A DNA stretch of 63,149 bases, the filler included, from Intoshia linei (lineage: Eukaryota; Animalia; Orthonectida), in assembly GCA_001642005.1 (NCBI GenBank). It is 6 parts of 6 records of this genome, joined end to end, with 100 filler letters (N's around TTAATTAATTAA, not from the genome) between each part and the next. Parts side by side here need not be neighbours in the genome. Positions count along the whole stretch, not along the records: positions 28,751 to 33,537 come from LWCA01001872.1; positions 33,638 to 51,850 come from LWCA01000783.1; 4 more parts are not named here. One strand, written 5' to 3'. This document shows, piece by piece, positions 31,140-44,557 of this stretch. Below the pieces are notes generated by a model that did no database searches, was not told the origin of the DNA, and saw nothing but the letters and a program-made list of their open reading frames with translations. Within the stretch, counting starts at the first letter, position 1, and every line of letters starts with the position of its first letter. The translations under genes were made by a program, and so were the position numbers.

Positions 31140-31540
31140 TCATTTTAGTAATCATTTTAGTATTAATATATTTTTTTTCCGAAATATTTTATTAAAATAA
31201 AAAATGTGAAATAATTAAAGGTCCGAAAATTAAAAAAAAGAAGACACATTCTGTCTAATAAATTAAAAAAATGGGATAACAATTGTTTTTAAAATTCTTT
31301 AAGCAAAGGTTAACAAACAAAAAATTAAGATGGAATAATTCACTGTAAAATAAAAAGTAATGTGATATGATAGTTCCACCTGAAACAAGTTTGGGAACCA
31401 CTCCTTTAAAGGATTGCTAATAGTGAATAGTAGGATTTTTAAGTTAGATTTTCAACGTTAATTTATTTTTTAAGTATAATAAAATGCGGCCTCGGCAGAG
31501 CTAGGTCCTGTTTGTACGTAGTACATAACAGTCAACCTAG
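31140..31540 (+). mobile_element. Helitron-like 3' segment
   Basis: Family body plus GCCTCGGCAGAGCTAGG...CAACCTAG|T terminus; left boundary approximate. Confidence 0.7.
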
Positions 31541-31949
31541 TTTATTTTATATTATTTAATTACTCGTGCAAGATTTTTCTTCATTTATGGCATGACCTTT
31601 AGTACAAATTTTGCAATTTCCATCTTCATCAGCACATATGCAACGATTTTCAAATGTAATATCTTGAATTAGGTAACAAGCTAAATCAACAATATTAAAA
31701 TGGAATATTTCGTTGTCTAATCTTTATGTTCATTTCCCTTGGCTATTCTTATATTATAATATTATTGTAATCTTAACTTGTGTAAAGTAAAAGTTGCTAA
31801 AAATTTATTTTAAGGGTGTTCGTTATTGACCAAATTGACCGCTACTATGAATAAGTATTTTAAAAATTCAAAATAAATTGAAGTAAAAACAATTAAATTG
31901 TAGCCTTTTCACTTTACATTTCAAAATAAAGTTTCCACAGAAGAATAGT

Positions 31950-32730
31950 TAGTGTACAAATCAAGTTAACTATGTTGGATCGATTCCTGAAAGTATCGGA
32001 TTCAGTAATTGCTTTAAATGATCTAAACTTATCATTTATGTGGAATAATGGATTTTTAGATGTAGCTATACATATTTATAATACTCTAAACCGGTTAAGA
32101 TTGGTATCGAGGCATTGAGTAAGGCCGACATGAACTTAATTAAAACATGCTATCATTCAATTTATTTACAATGAATAACAAACAATTAATGGAGATTATT
32201 CGATAAAATTACAGTTAAAGTTAAAAAGTGAAATAATGAAATGGAGAAGCAAAGAACTGTTAACTCTTATTAAATTTCTACATTATTGCAATCATTTTAA
32301 AACTGAAAACGACCTGCAATGATCTCCCTATGTGTACAATAAGTGAAACATTAATATATTTGTAGATCCCTTATAGATCGATTATTTAAAGATGATATCA
32401 TTTATTCAGATAAAGAGATATGTGATATAAAAAAATAGATATATCGAAAGATTGGAAAGATCTATTTCTGATAGTATGAAGTCAAATAATATATTATCAA
32501 ATTCTCACAATTTATATGATGAATTCGATCGATATGAAAGAACTGGAACGCTATCATCAAGATTGTTAAAATTAAAGAAAGCCCTTTTGACCGTTCAACC
32601 TACGTCAACACAAAATAAAAAAAATTTCTCTGCTGCTTCTAATTTCGTTAAAAAACGTAAAACGCGTTTAAAAGACGAATCTATCAATATTATGTGTGTT
32701 TTGAAACACTTTTTCAACAATCTAAAATAA
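31950..32730 (+). pseudogene. Decayed hAT transposase
   Basis: MLDRFLKV, LKPVKIGIEALSKADMNL, and hAT dimerisation motif LLTVQPTSTQNKKNFSAASNFVKKRKTRL; stops and frameshifts. Confidence 0.8.
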
Positions 32731-33637
32731 ATAAATTTTCTAATTAAATTGGTAAATTTTTATCTAGATTCGTGTTATATTATTAATTAAATTTCTTTTT
32801 GTTTCTAAAATTAATTAAGGTCTCTAAAATTTTTAATGCTTCAATATTATATATGAATAAAAAACTTTTATTTTTCCCGTGAAATTCCCAAGAAATGACA
32901 ATCACTATCCCATTATGTATATCGTCAAATGATTATTACTGTAATATGGAAATATTAACATTTATTTATTCTATAACTCGTCAATTCTCTTACTCGCCAT
33001 TAATTTAACATATAAAATTAAAAGTTTTAAAACCATTCTTCAAAATTAGTTACGATTTTATGTTTTAAGTCTTAAATTTTAAGTTTTAAATCACGTTGAA
33101 ATTTAAAATACTTCTAAATTGTAAAAAGGAAGGTTTAATAAGGCAGATGGATAATACATTTATTTAAAAAAGAGGAATCTGTATATTCCGCTTACAAAAA
33201 ATTTTTTTTATATTCTATTCTATATATTGATTTACTATTTAGTAAATCCTTTTTTTAATTCAAATGTAATTTTTAGAAAATATTTAATTAAAAAAATAAT
33301 TAATTAATTTCAGTTATAAAATGGATATTTTGATAAGATAGATTTTAATCATTTTGAATTAACTTTCACAATTTTTATTGTATTGTATTACCATTCACAT
33401 TTTATTTTAATTTAACCTATTATTTAAAAATTTTATCTGCTGTTTCTATAGTTTTAAATTTTCTATCTCGCCAACTTTTTCTAAATCCCAAGAATGCTGA
33501 GTTATAGAAATAATACTGTATATAAAATTATTTATAANNNNNNNNNNNNNNNNNNNNNNNNNNNNNNNNNNNNNNNNNNNNTTAATTAATTAANNNNNNN
33601 NNNNNNNNNNNNNNNNNNNNNNNNNNNNNNNNNNNNN

Positions 33638-34179
33638 ACTTTATGATCGCCAATTAATTCAATTTTGTGTTGACTATTTTTAATAGTACCAGGTTTTGAG
33701 TTGAAAATATTTTTATAAACTTGTGTTAATTTTAAAAATTTCGAATAGTTTATTTTATCCTCCGTTGAACTATCATCAGTTTCGATAATATTAACCGCAA
33801 GACATATAAATTTCAATTTTAAATTATCTCTAAGACCTAGTATATTTGATTTACATTTGGCAATAAAAAATTTAATTACTTCATTATTAATTTTAAATTC
33901 TACTATACCCAAATGATTTATTACTGTTCCATTTGCCGCTAATAATTTAATTGATGACGGAACTAGTTTTGGAATTGAAAAAAATTTTTGTAAGGTTTCA
34001 ATATTGATTAAATTAACCGATGAGCCAGTATCAATTAATATTTCGGTGCTGACCTTTTCAGTATTGTACGTTAAAGTAATAGGTTCACGTAATTCGTAAC
34101 TCAAATTGATTTTCTCTGCATTTATTCTCCAAATTAATAAAGTTGAATTATTCTCTATTCTCGTATTCAAATTCTTCAT
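33638..34179 (-). mobile_element. LTR retrotransposon (Gypsy-like) aspartyl protease fragment, cut by gap
   Basis: ILIDTGSSVNLI active-site motif, NILGL motif and downstream PGTIK..HKIEL typical of the pol N-terminus. Confidence 0.8.
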
Positions 34180-34689
34180 GTTAAATAATCTTGTAATAAA
34201 TATGATAATTATTAAATAATTAAACTAAAATACAATTAACATTTACATTTACAATTAATATTTACATTATTTAAAGATTCTTGAGTTATTGAGTGATAAT
34301 TAGTATCTCTATAACTTTAGTAAAATGTATGTATAGAGATACTACAGTTATTTCTATTGCATTTCTCATACCGTACGGCCCTGTATTTTTTTAATTTCTA
34401 AAATTCGATCAAAAAGTTAACACCCTAGTAAGGGTAGAGGAAAGCACCAGTTTAATCACGATTGGGTGCGCCTTAGTACAAAATTAAACCATTAAATTTT
34501 GATTTTTTTAGCAAAAATTTAATAGGGATTTTAAAAAATTTTTCAAAATTTCCAAAAAAATATCCGTATTATTTAGATTTAAAAAATAAAAGACAAAATT
34601 TTTCAAAAAATAAAAATTAAGTTAAAAATAACATTTTAAACCCCCTTGAAAGTTTGGTTAAAAAAAATTAATGTATATAAAATAATTTC

Positions 34690-37375
34690 AACAAAATCTT
34701 TTACAGAAGCAACAATTTACAAATTGAAGTATACTCACATGCGTTCACACCCTGTACCAAATTGAATGTTTAATTTTTAATATTACATGAATTTATTAGA
34801 TGAACATGCCAATTTATGATGTAATTAAGATATCCCACGAAAAGGTACAAATATTTTTTATATTTATTTAAATTTATACATTTTTAAAATTTAGAAAAAA
34901 ATAACAACAAGAGAAATTACCAAATCAACACAAGACATGCTAAAGATATTACAGGTATTGCACACCAGTGGTACTAAAACTAAAAAATTTGAAGCTTTAT
35001 TAAAAAACTTTTTATTTAATACACAGTCACTTATCGATTAATTTCATTAATATTGGCATATCGTCAATGTTAATACTAAAATAAAATGTGCAATTATATT
35101 TTTGTCTGTAAAATTAGTCAAACATATACGGCATTTAACGTTCATTTACGGCACGGGTCATCACTGTTATTTGCATGGACAAAGAAAGAGGCATACGTAT
35201 AACATACGGTTCAGAAATTGAAATTTTTGATTTCGGACACCATATTTCATGTTTTTTTGTCAACTTGTAAAAAAATATTTTATAAAAACCTGAAACCTTA
35301 ATGTAAATTTATAATTTAGAGATTGGTACAATGTAAAGAAAATTTAAACAATGAAGCAATAGATTTTAAGTTTAACTGGAAAAACATTATTAGAGAAATT
35401 GTAAATAATTTTTAGTGATTTTAATATATATCTATAAAACAGGTACTAATATTAACATAAATATATTGTAGAAGAAAGCATTTTTATATGTAACTGCCAA
35501 AAAGAAACATTTGGACAGTTTAAATAATGATGATAATTCAAATTATTTTAAAATTTTACAAGCTCAAATAATCCTTAAAAAGGAAATTTCGACATTTAAT
35601 TATAAGCATACCATTATTAGAAATAAAATGGTAAAATAATAAAATTTAGCTTACGTTATATATTATAAAAAATAGATAAAGATAATGGTGAATACGCAGT
35701 TATTGTATAACAGAACAGTCTCTATTTTAAAGGATGTATTGGAATTTATGCTTGGATTGTATCTTTGAATTTAGGAACTTACTCAATTTTATAAATGTTT
35801 GAATATTGGACATAATTCTATACAATCATCTGTAAATTTTTAATTTTTCTAATTCGTGTTTCTCAATCTTTTAACTGACACGGAACCGTAAAAGATTAAA
35901 TGATATTAAAAATTAGACAGATTTTCTTTAATGCAAATCTAAAAAAAATTGAATTTTCCCAAAATGTGGAATAAATTTTTTTCTCGTGAAACCGTACTAG
36001 TTAAACACTAATCCAAAGTTATTAAGTTATATATAGAACTCAACAATCTGGCATTTAATAGATTTGTGTGATATCAAAAAATTAGACAAAGAATCTATTG
36101 ATAAAATAACTGAACATAAAGACACATTAACAATTAATTGGAATGAAAAAAAGTAATTATTTAAAAAAAAATAATCACTATGTAATACCCATTTTAGAAA
36201 GTTAAATATTAAACCGTTTACTGATACAAACGGTATTTTTATGAATAAATTTCAATATTTGTCGACCCAATTATATACCCGGTATATAATTTAGAAAAGT
36301 TAAGATACCACAAGTCTAATTTGACTTGATTGGTGCGGTAAATCTCTAAAATCAAGTGTGATATGATTCATATATTTTATTAATTTTTTATTACAATTTT
36401 AATATATAGGATTCGAGTGGTTACCCATTCAGCAACCATTAAACCCATGCTTCATTTGCTTAAAGGAAGTGCATTATTTTGGGATGCATTGTGAAGCGGT
36501 AAAAATGAAATGATAATAACATAATTTATCTAGCTTAGAGCTTGCTTTCATACAGAATGCCTTTATGACAAAAGTATCGAAGAAAGCATAGCTGAAAGAT
36601 TTAATTCAAGTAGTAAATATATGGTTTATTACGGAGATGATCTTTTGGTTACATACTTTGTAAAATATTGTGTTGAAATTATTGATATGAACTTCATCAA
36701 AACCGATGTACATTGTATCTCATTTTAAAATGATTAATATGAATGTAGGGTCTATATCGAATATCACCTAGCTTGGGAGTAGCAAAAACGACCCACGATA
36801 AAATTTTACTAAGTCAATCACTGGATGCTAATGAAAAAAAATCGGCAGTTCTTACTTCAGCACTCAAAATGTACTTGAGAGGGGTAGAGTCGACTTTATT
36901 TGTTGTATTATATTTTTAGAAACATTACGCAATCATTGATAAAAATTTTCATAAAACATTTATTAAATCAGCAAAAGTAATTTCATTAATACTCTTTCAA
37001 AATCAATTTAGGAACATAATATAAAACAAATGAAACAAGATTTGAAAAGAATACCTACATCAAATTATAAAACTCTTCAATATTTAGTTCGTCACTTGTT
37101 ACGGTAATTTAATTTCTAAAAAATAACAAACAATCAATTACATTAGTTTTTTTTAGAGTTTCCTATTTGGAAGAATTTACCAGAATGACAAATAAAAATT
37201 TATCCATAATATTTGGCCCAATTATATTTCGTGACGAGTAATTTTAGATGAAAATGAAACTCATCAAATTATTATTTAATCTAAATATAGTGAAAGTAAA
37301 GCCTCCCTGGAAAGGAATGCTGACCAAGTCAATACATTAAACTTTATATTGGACAATCAATCATTAGTATTATGA
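34690..37375 (+). CDS. RhoGAP-domain protein with degenerate C1-like domain (chimaerin/ARHGAP-like); 5' exons uncertain
   Basis: Exons from 36410: CFICLKEVHYFGMHCEA|LRACFHTEC, YCVEIID..|GLYRIS, LTSALKM|, NYKTLQYLVRHLLR|V..FTRMTNKNLSIIFGP; TGA at 37373-37375. Confidence 0.8.
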
Positions 37376-37428
37376 AATAATTTAATTTTAAATAAAAATT
37401 TAATTACATAATTACACATAAAAATACA

Positions 37429-40400
37429 TTAACTAAACAGGTCTTGTATTTGAGTGAATTTATTAGTCATGCTGGAAATTAATTTATTGTCGGGGGTAAT
37501 TGGATCAGTTTTAAAATGACGCAAATAATTACTTATTATTTCAGATAATGTTGTTTGTACTTCCATACTAAATAAATTTTTTATCGAAACAAAAAATATT
37601 AAAACCTATCGTGTTTTTCTAATTTTGTGTAATCAAGATCCAAAAATCGTAAAACAACTTTCAAAAACATGTCGTGCAAATAATACGGATCGGCATGTTT
37701 TTGCCAATATTCCATCTACAAATTAAGAAAAATTTAATTAAAAATATAAAATAACCTATAAAACAAGCTAGTCAAATCAGGGTGAAATGCTAATAATAAA
37801 TCAAAATTTAGATAAATAAAGCGTTAAATTAAAGTTATCGTGTGAGTGAGGAATGGAGCGCTGTCTTTCCAATACAAAAAATTTTTAAATTACATTTTCT
37901 TGAATAACTTTATCCAAAGCAAGTATCACATCGACAAATGAAATTCCAGCTAATAAAAAGCAATCAACAACAAAATACTTGTTAAAGTTGAATTGATTGG
38001 CGCGATTGGCAATTAAATTGAAAACAATGGCTAAAATAATGTAAAGATACGAGACATTAAGATACGTAATGGTAAATGGCTCCGACGATTTTTATAAACT
38101 TTGATTATATTGACAAATTTTTGGGAAATTATAGCGGATCTATCAGGTTTACTTTCAATGCTTTCATGTGTTAATTTATAAAAATTATCAAAAACTAAAC
38201 AATATATATATATATACAATTTTTTAAAATCTACCTTCATTAATAATATCAGACCAAATCAATTCTATCAATTCCATTTCACAGACGTTGGCGCAATACA
38301 AAATATTCAATTTAACAGTATACATGTTTCGTTTTTCAGCAATGTCTCTGTATAGCTAAAAAGGATAACTATTTTATTAAAAAGAAATCTAGAATACATT
38401 AATATTAAAACACATTTAAAAAAATATTTTAATAGACAAAATTGTTATTGGGCGTCGGTTGTGGTTGCCACAAGAATACAAAGGGGAAAAATAAAGTGGA
38501 TAAATTTAAATCAAAAGATATTATTATTAATAGTACAGAAAGGTTAATTTAAATGTTTGGAATTAATGACCATCCCAAATTTTTTTTTTGCTGTAAAAGA
38601 AAAAACAAATTAATACTTTTGCAATATGATAGATAACAGAGCACCGGGAGGTACGAATGGGCAGAGTTAAAAATATTAATTGTTAATCAAATAAAAAGTT
38701 TAGAATATATGTATAAAATTATAACTGAAATAGTCTTTACCGTTCTCTGATGTTTAATCAAAAACAATTTTACATACAGATGATTGTTAATTTACAAAAT
38801 TACCATATTTATATCCAAAATATTGTGATTCAATAAATAAATGTCGTAAGCCAGATCATCATCTTGTAAGCTCTTATCCGTAGTTTGTAAAATTTGTAGA
38901 GCTTCTTGTTGTATTTTAGTAACCTGTTAAAAGTTATATTTCGTACAAAAAATTAACAATTATAAGTTACTTCAATTTTATCTTCCAAAACCTTGATCAA
39001 TGTTATGGACTCATCATTTTTAAATGCTAATTTGGAATTTAAAAGGGCTCTGGATAAAATTTCAATTCTTTCTTGTAATTTGAGTGAATCGCTATCAAAA
39101 TATTGTAATAAAAATAACAGTATTAAATTAAATTCTTAGAGACAAGCATCATCTCAACATAAAAAAAAGTACAAAAATAATTATCAAAAAATTTAGTTCA
39201 AAACACTTTTTACTTCAGAACTAGCATCATAAACACTAGTTATAAGGTTAACCTTTATCCCGCCAATGTTCTATAATATGGAATCCATATTATGGATACA
39301 TGTCAATATTAATTAATAATGGTGAAGTTTTATTATTTTACTAAAATTAGTTTTTAAAATATTTGAAAATACACTGAAACTGTACTGTAATTACAAAACT
39401 TTCATTTATTTTTGAGTCGTTAAAATCTACACATCAGTATGTTTAAATTTTATAAATCTATTGTTTTACTATTTGACACATCCTAACTTCTTTTGTTTTT
39501 AAATTCAGAAGAAATGTTAAATTAAATGGATGCAAATGTAAATACGAAATTAACAAAATAAAAAATGCGGTTGAGTGGTTTTGTTTGAAACTTACTCTAA
39601 ATTTGGTAGACAAATTAATAATTAACACCTTATTCTAATTTGATTTTACTTTTAAATTATCAAAATATTGAAGAGTGATCTCATCTCTACAAGATTAGAT
39701 TAAAATAAAATTAAACCTGCACCGCATAGCCATTTTATGTAATATTTTGGAAGCATATAAATATCTTTTATTCCGAACCATAAACCTCCAAAAAATATCC
39801 AGACATTCCACATTGTCTTGATCCTTTTCAATAATGTTATACAAATATTCTTCAAAATATTCAGTATTAATCTGTCTCAGCTTTGTGATTAATTCCCGAC
39901 TAAACAACCAATCGTACAGTTGTGTATGGAATATAGGATCTGATGATTTTAAGGCGATTACGTACATGTTTTCAAACTATAATTATGTTATATTGATTAC
40001 TTGTTGTTAATAAATATTTACCTCCTTATCTGCATCTTTCCTTGAATAATCTTTCGGCATGATAAAATTATTTTGAGAAGGATGCGATTGACCAAAATAC
40101 AATAAATAATCCAAAAAAATAAAAATGGGTTTATAACAATCCATTCGATATGAAATAATTTCGGGTATAAAATCTTGATGTTGAGATAAATTCAATCTTT
40201 TCCTACTATCTGAAAGATTTGTAGGGCTATTTGGATCGACAATTTTAGCTTTTAAAAGACAAATATCTATAATCATACAGAATGCATTGGAACGCGCTAA
40301 TTTACAACAAGAATCGTATAGATTGATATGACGCACATTTTTTTTGTAAATGTCGACTGCAGCGAGGATTCTATTGTAATTATCTTGAGGGTTGTATCCA

Positions 40401-42985
40401 TAATTGGTTTCATTTATAGGTTGCAGCAATTCGGCAGCTTTAGCGATATCTGCGTCGGTAGAGCTATAAAAAGTGGGACACTGGGATCTTAACCGAGAAT
40501 TAATGATATCCAACATTGCACAATCTTGAATGTATTTTCCGATTAAAAGATTTAATAACTCGGAAATGCATTGTCTACCTTCAAAAGTTGTAATTATGTT
40601 TTCAAACGTTAAATTTGTAAAGTTTTTAAATGATACTGCAGATAAATTTGAGACAAAATTGTGTAATTGATGTTCATGTAAAAGCAGAAATACTTTTAAC
40701 AATTCAATGTTGATTTTAATCAGTTGCAAGAGACCGATATATAAATCACGTTCAATGAATAAAATTTGCTTTTCAATATTATCAACATGCTCCATTCCAA
40801 CACCATTAGCTTTAGAAGACAGTTCCAATGTTACATGAGGCAACAAATCCTCTGTACACGAATAAAGTGCTACTAAAACACGAATAGATTCAGTCATAAA
40901 ATCGTAGGTTAACGTAAACTTAAAATTGGAATTATCAGAATTCGAACATAATTTAATATTGCATAAGTTATATTTCCACACAGGACTCACAATTCGACTA
41001 AAATATTCATAAATGCCGTACAATCGAGGTATTAATGAAAAATGTTTGGCGATTGCACTTTCATCAGAACCATTCATTTCTGAAATGTATGCAATTGGAT
41101 CATTAAAATTTACCAACTCTTGCTGAATAAGCTGTTTACACAACCCACCAAACGAACGAAATGTTTCAAAAGCGTTTTGCTTTTTCATCATATCAGTTCC
41201 ATTTAAGTGACAACAAATTAATTGAATACAATCGACGCAAGCATTAGCATTTTGTTTTTGGTTAAAATAAGTAGTAAGGTTGGAAACGTTAGGTGTTTTT
41301 TGAGATAAAATCGTTTCTAGTCGCGACGTTTGACTCATTTTGGTCAAAACAAAAGTACCTTCGGATGTTTGAATAAAAATTAAATTTTTCAAAATTAAAT
41401 GATTAGTTAAATTTGTAGGTGGTCTTTTGAAGTTTGAATTTTTAGAGTTCATAAGGAAGCTTTCCGGAGTAGATATAGAGATAATTCTGTCACTGATGGA
41501 TAATATACCTCCGTTAAATTTCATAACATCTGTTGTTTCGGTAAAACTTTTTGAATTTATATTGGAGTAATTGGAAGAAACTACCCAAACAATATCATTA
41601 TTTTCGCTAACTGATGAAATCATGACAAGAGTCCCCGCTGAATAAAACGCTTTTTTAATAGTTGTGGGTCGTTGTTCACTATTTTCTATATTATAGCCGG
41701 GAGGAAACCGTAAATGGATGAGGGACAACTGAGACACATTATCTCTTGGAATTCCTTCAATAATATCATAAATGGTGAAATATAGACGAAACCCACTATT
41801 TGAAACAGCCACTAAAGTTAAAACACAAGATTCTGTGGCTAGAATTGGAGAAATGTGAATTAACGTTGAAATTTTGGTTCTATCCAAATCAACAATGTGT
41901 TTACCAACTAAACACTTAATGGTGGATAAATCCAATGAAGAAATTTTTGATATTGAACTATTTTCTTTCAGCAAGTAAACACAAATTGTACCTGATTGGT
42001 GAAGTGTATATAAAAAATTCCGAGTATAATCTGAAGTAATTTGAATAATCACATCCGAATTGATAAAATATTTCGGTATCAATTTCAGAATAATACTTGA
42101 AGAATGATTGATAATTGAAAATTTACTAAAAAACCAATTTGACTGATTTTGATATACCAATTCTTGCAAATTCCCTGCATTATCAGCTAAAAATAAACGT
42201 TTATCCTGCGTAACATGCGATTTTAAAAATACAGTAGATTCTAAAGCCTTGACGTATAAAGGTTTGGACTGTAATCCAGGTTTTATACCGTCAATCGAAT
42301 CGACTTTATTTAAATTTACGACTCCCAATACAATTAAATCTTGTATTGTCGTAATAACAAACAAATAAAGATACTCGCCGCTCATAATGTTTTTATCAGG
42401 TTTAATCAATACAGCATCCACAATTTGATCTTGAATTCCTTCAAAATATGACAAATCTGAACCATTTTCGTAATTCCACATGTAAATTATGTTTTTCAAA
42501 ATCAACCAAGCCCTTTTAATGTCATGGCAAAGTCCCATTAAACTATTCGCTGAATTGACTTCAGAATATTGTTTATGTCTATATACAAATGCAGGTATTG
42601 GATAGGAATCTATAGATTTTATTTCATTGTGCATAAAGTTGGTGCTTTCTGGGTTTACAATTGTTTCTTCAAAATAATCAGTAGGTTTTCGTCCACTAAC
42701 AGAAAACGGTCGGACGTCATTTTCTCTCAATTTATTGTACATGTCCGGCAAATTACCATGCTCTTTTAAATGACTATTTAAAATTATTGTCGCCTTCTTA
42801 ATTTGTGAAGCATCAACTGCGTCGTCATAAGACAAACCTTTTTCAAATGAATAATTTATTCGCGCGTAAACTTCACTAGAGAGATTTTTATCATCAAATT
42901 GGCCATTTTCTCTTGTCCGTGTATCTGAAATGTAAGATTTTCCACATAAATAATCATCATTTTTTAAATGTTTATCCAAATTCAT
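37429..42985 (-). CDS. NUP155: Nuclear pore protein Nup155/Nup170
   Basis: About 990-codon first exon with MGLCHDIKRAWL..IYMWNY..DLSYFEG, LVAVSNSGFRLYF, LIHLRFPPG, LRSQCPTFYS; later exons DPIFHTQLYDWL and LQERIEILSRA; last exon ends IQDLFS*. Confidence 0.93.
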
Positions 42986-44557
42986 TTATAAAAATATTTT
43001 AAAAAATAAGACGATAATACAAATAAGTCAAAATAAACTAAGAATTTATGATATTTTGCAGATGGTTTTGAATTTCGCAATTTAAATTTAAAAACGTTAA
43101 ATATGAATGTTTTTAACTTTTCAATGATTATTTATATTAAATCAAAACAAGTGGATATTTTATTAAAGTTGGCCAATTTGGAGTATATTTATGGTAAATT
43201 ATAGGGTATATGCTTGGTAAATTAACCAGCCAAAATATTCTTTCATTTTATTTTAATGTCAATAAAATCAATTTAAATCAAGAAAAGAAAATTTACATTT
43301 TTTATCAAAACTAAACCAAGTTTGTGCTACGAAAAAAATCCACCATTTCATCGAAATTTTGGTGCCTATATGATTTACAATTAAATAATAGACATCAGAA
43401 TATTTTTTAGTATGACACATGGATTTTTGAGTTATAAACCATGTTAAATGAGGAAAATTTAAAATTTCCATGAAATACTGAAAATCATGCACAATTACTG
43501 AATTTGACCACATTGTATTTAAAATGAATTTTCATACTATTTGTGTCGTTAATAAGTGCCAGATATATAGTACTTTACTAACTTTGAAATTATAATTCGC
43601 CACTTTAAAGAGGGTACTTGAAAACATAATATTTTTGTTAGAAAACGTTAACGTACAAGCAATTTTCTTTTTTTAATTTTCCATTTTCAACATTATAATG
43701 CTTTATAATCATTTATATATTATTTAATTTAATCATTTTTACATTTTACATATTTAATCATTTAATTCAGACTTTGAAGCATTTACTGTTTGAAGGCCGC
43801 ACTAACGTCTCAGAAAAATTTAATCAAATACAATAGTACTTCTCATGGGGTGACTGATCACTGGGGTGAATACGAAAATTTTTGATGATTGGGGTGAATG
43901 ATAAATTTTTAGTATATTTTATTCAATTTAGTAAAATCTTATTAGAAAAAACCAAAATTTTACCAACCCTTAAGAAAAAAATCCCATGTTACCAAACTTT
44001 TAGATTAAAAATTTATATCTGATCCCAAAAGAAAAAACGTCACTTCACCAATCCTTAACGAAACAACCGCTCTTACCAATATTTTTCTGAAAAATCCCAT
44101 TTTATCAAAAATTAATACTTTAAAAATAATAATAAATGAGATAATTCTAATTGTTCTGAAGGCCGCACTTTTCCCACCTCTCGTTTGATTCATAAAGCCA
44201 ATAATTATTTTTTGAGGGTGAATATGGAGATGTACGGTGCAGTAACATGTACTTAAACTGTTAGTCTTAAAAAAATTATATTTAACTACATAGGGCAGGG
44301 TGACCAACCTTTAACATACCATGCATCACATTTTTATCATGCGATCTCAGATGGGTCAAATTTTTTCTGAAAGTCCAACTACTTACGAAATTTATATTAT
44401 TTGGCAAACTCAATATTATATTCTCATTAAATTAAAATGAATACGTAAAAGCGAGTATGCAGTCTTTTTCTTTAACAAAATAGCAAAAACTTTTTTTAAA
44501 AGAATGATGCTGTAGTTTGATTTTTCCAATCTGGTATAAATATCTGTACATCACAAA

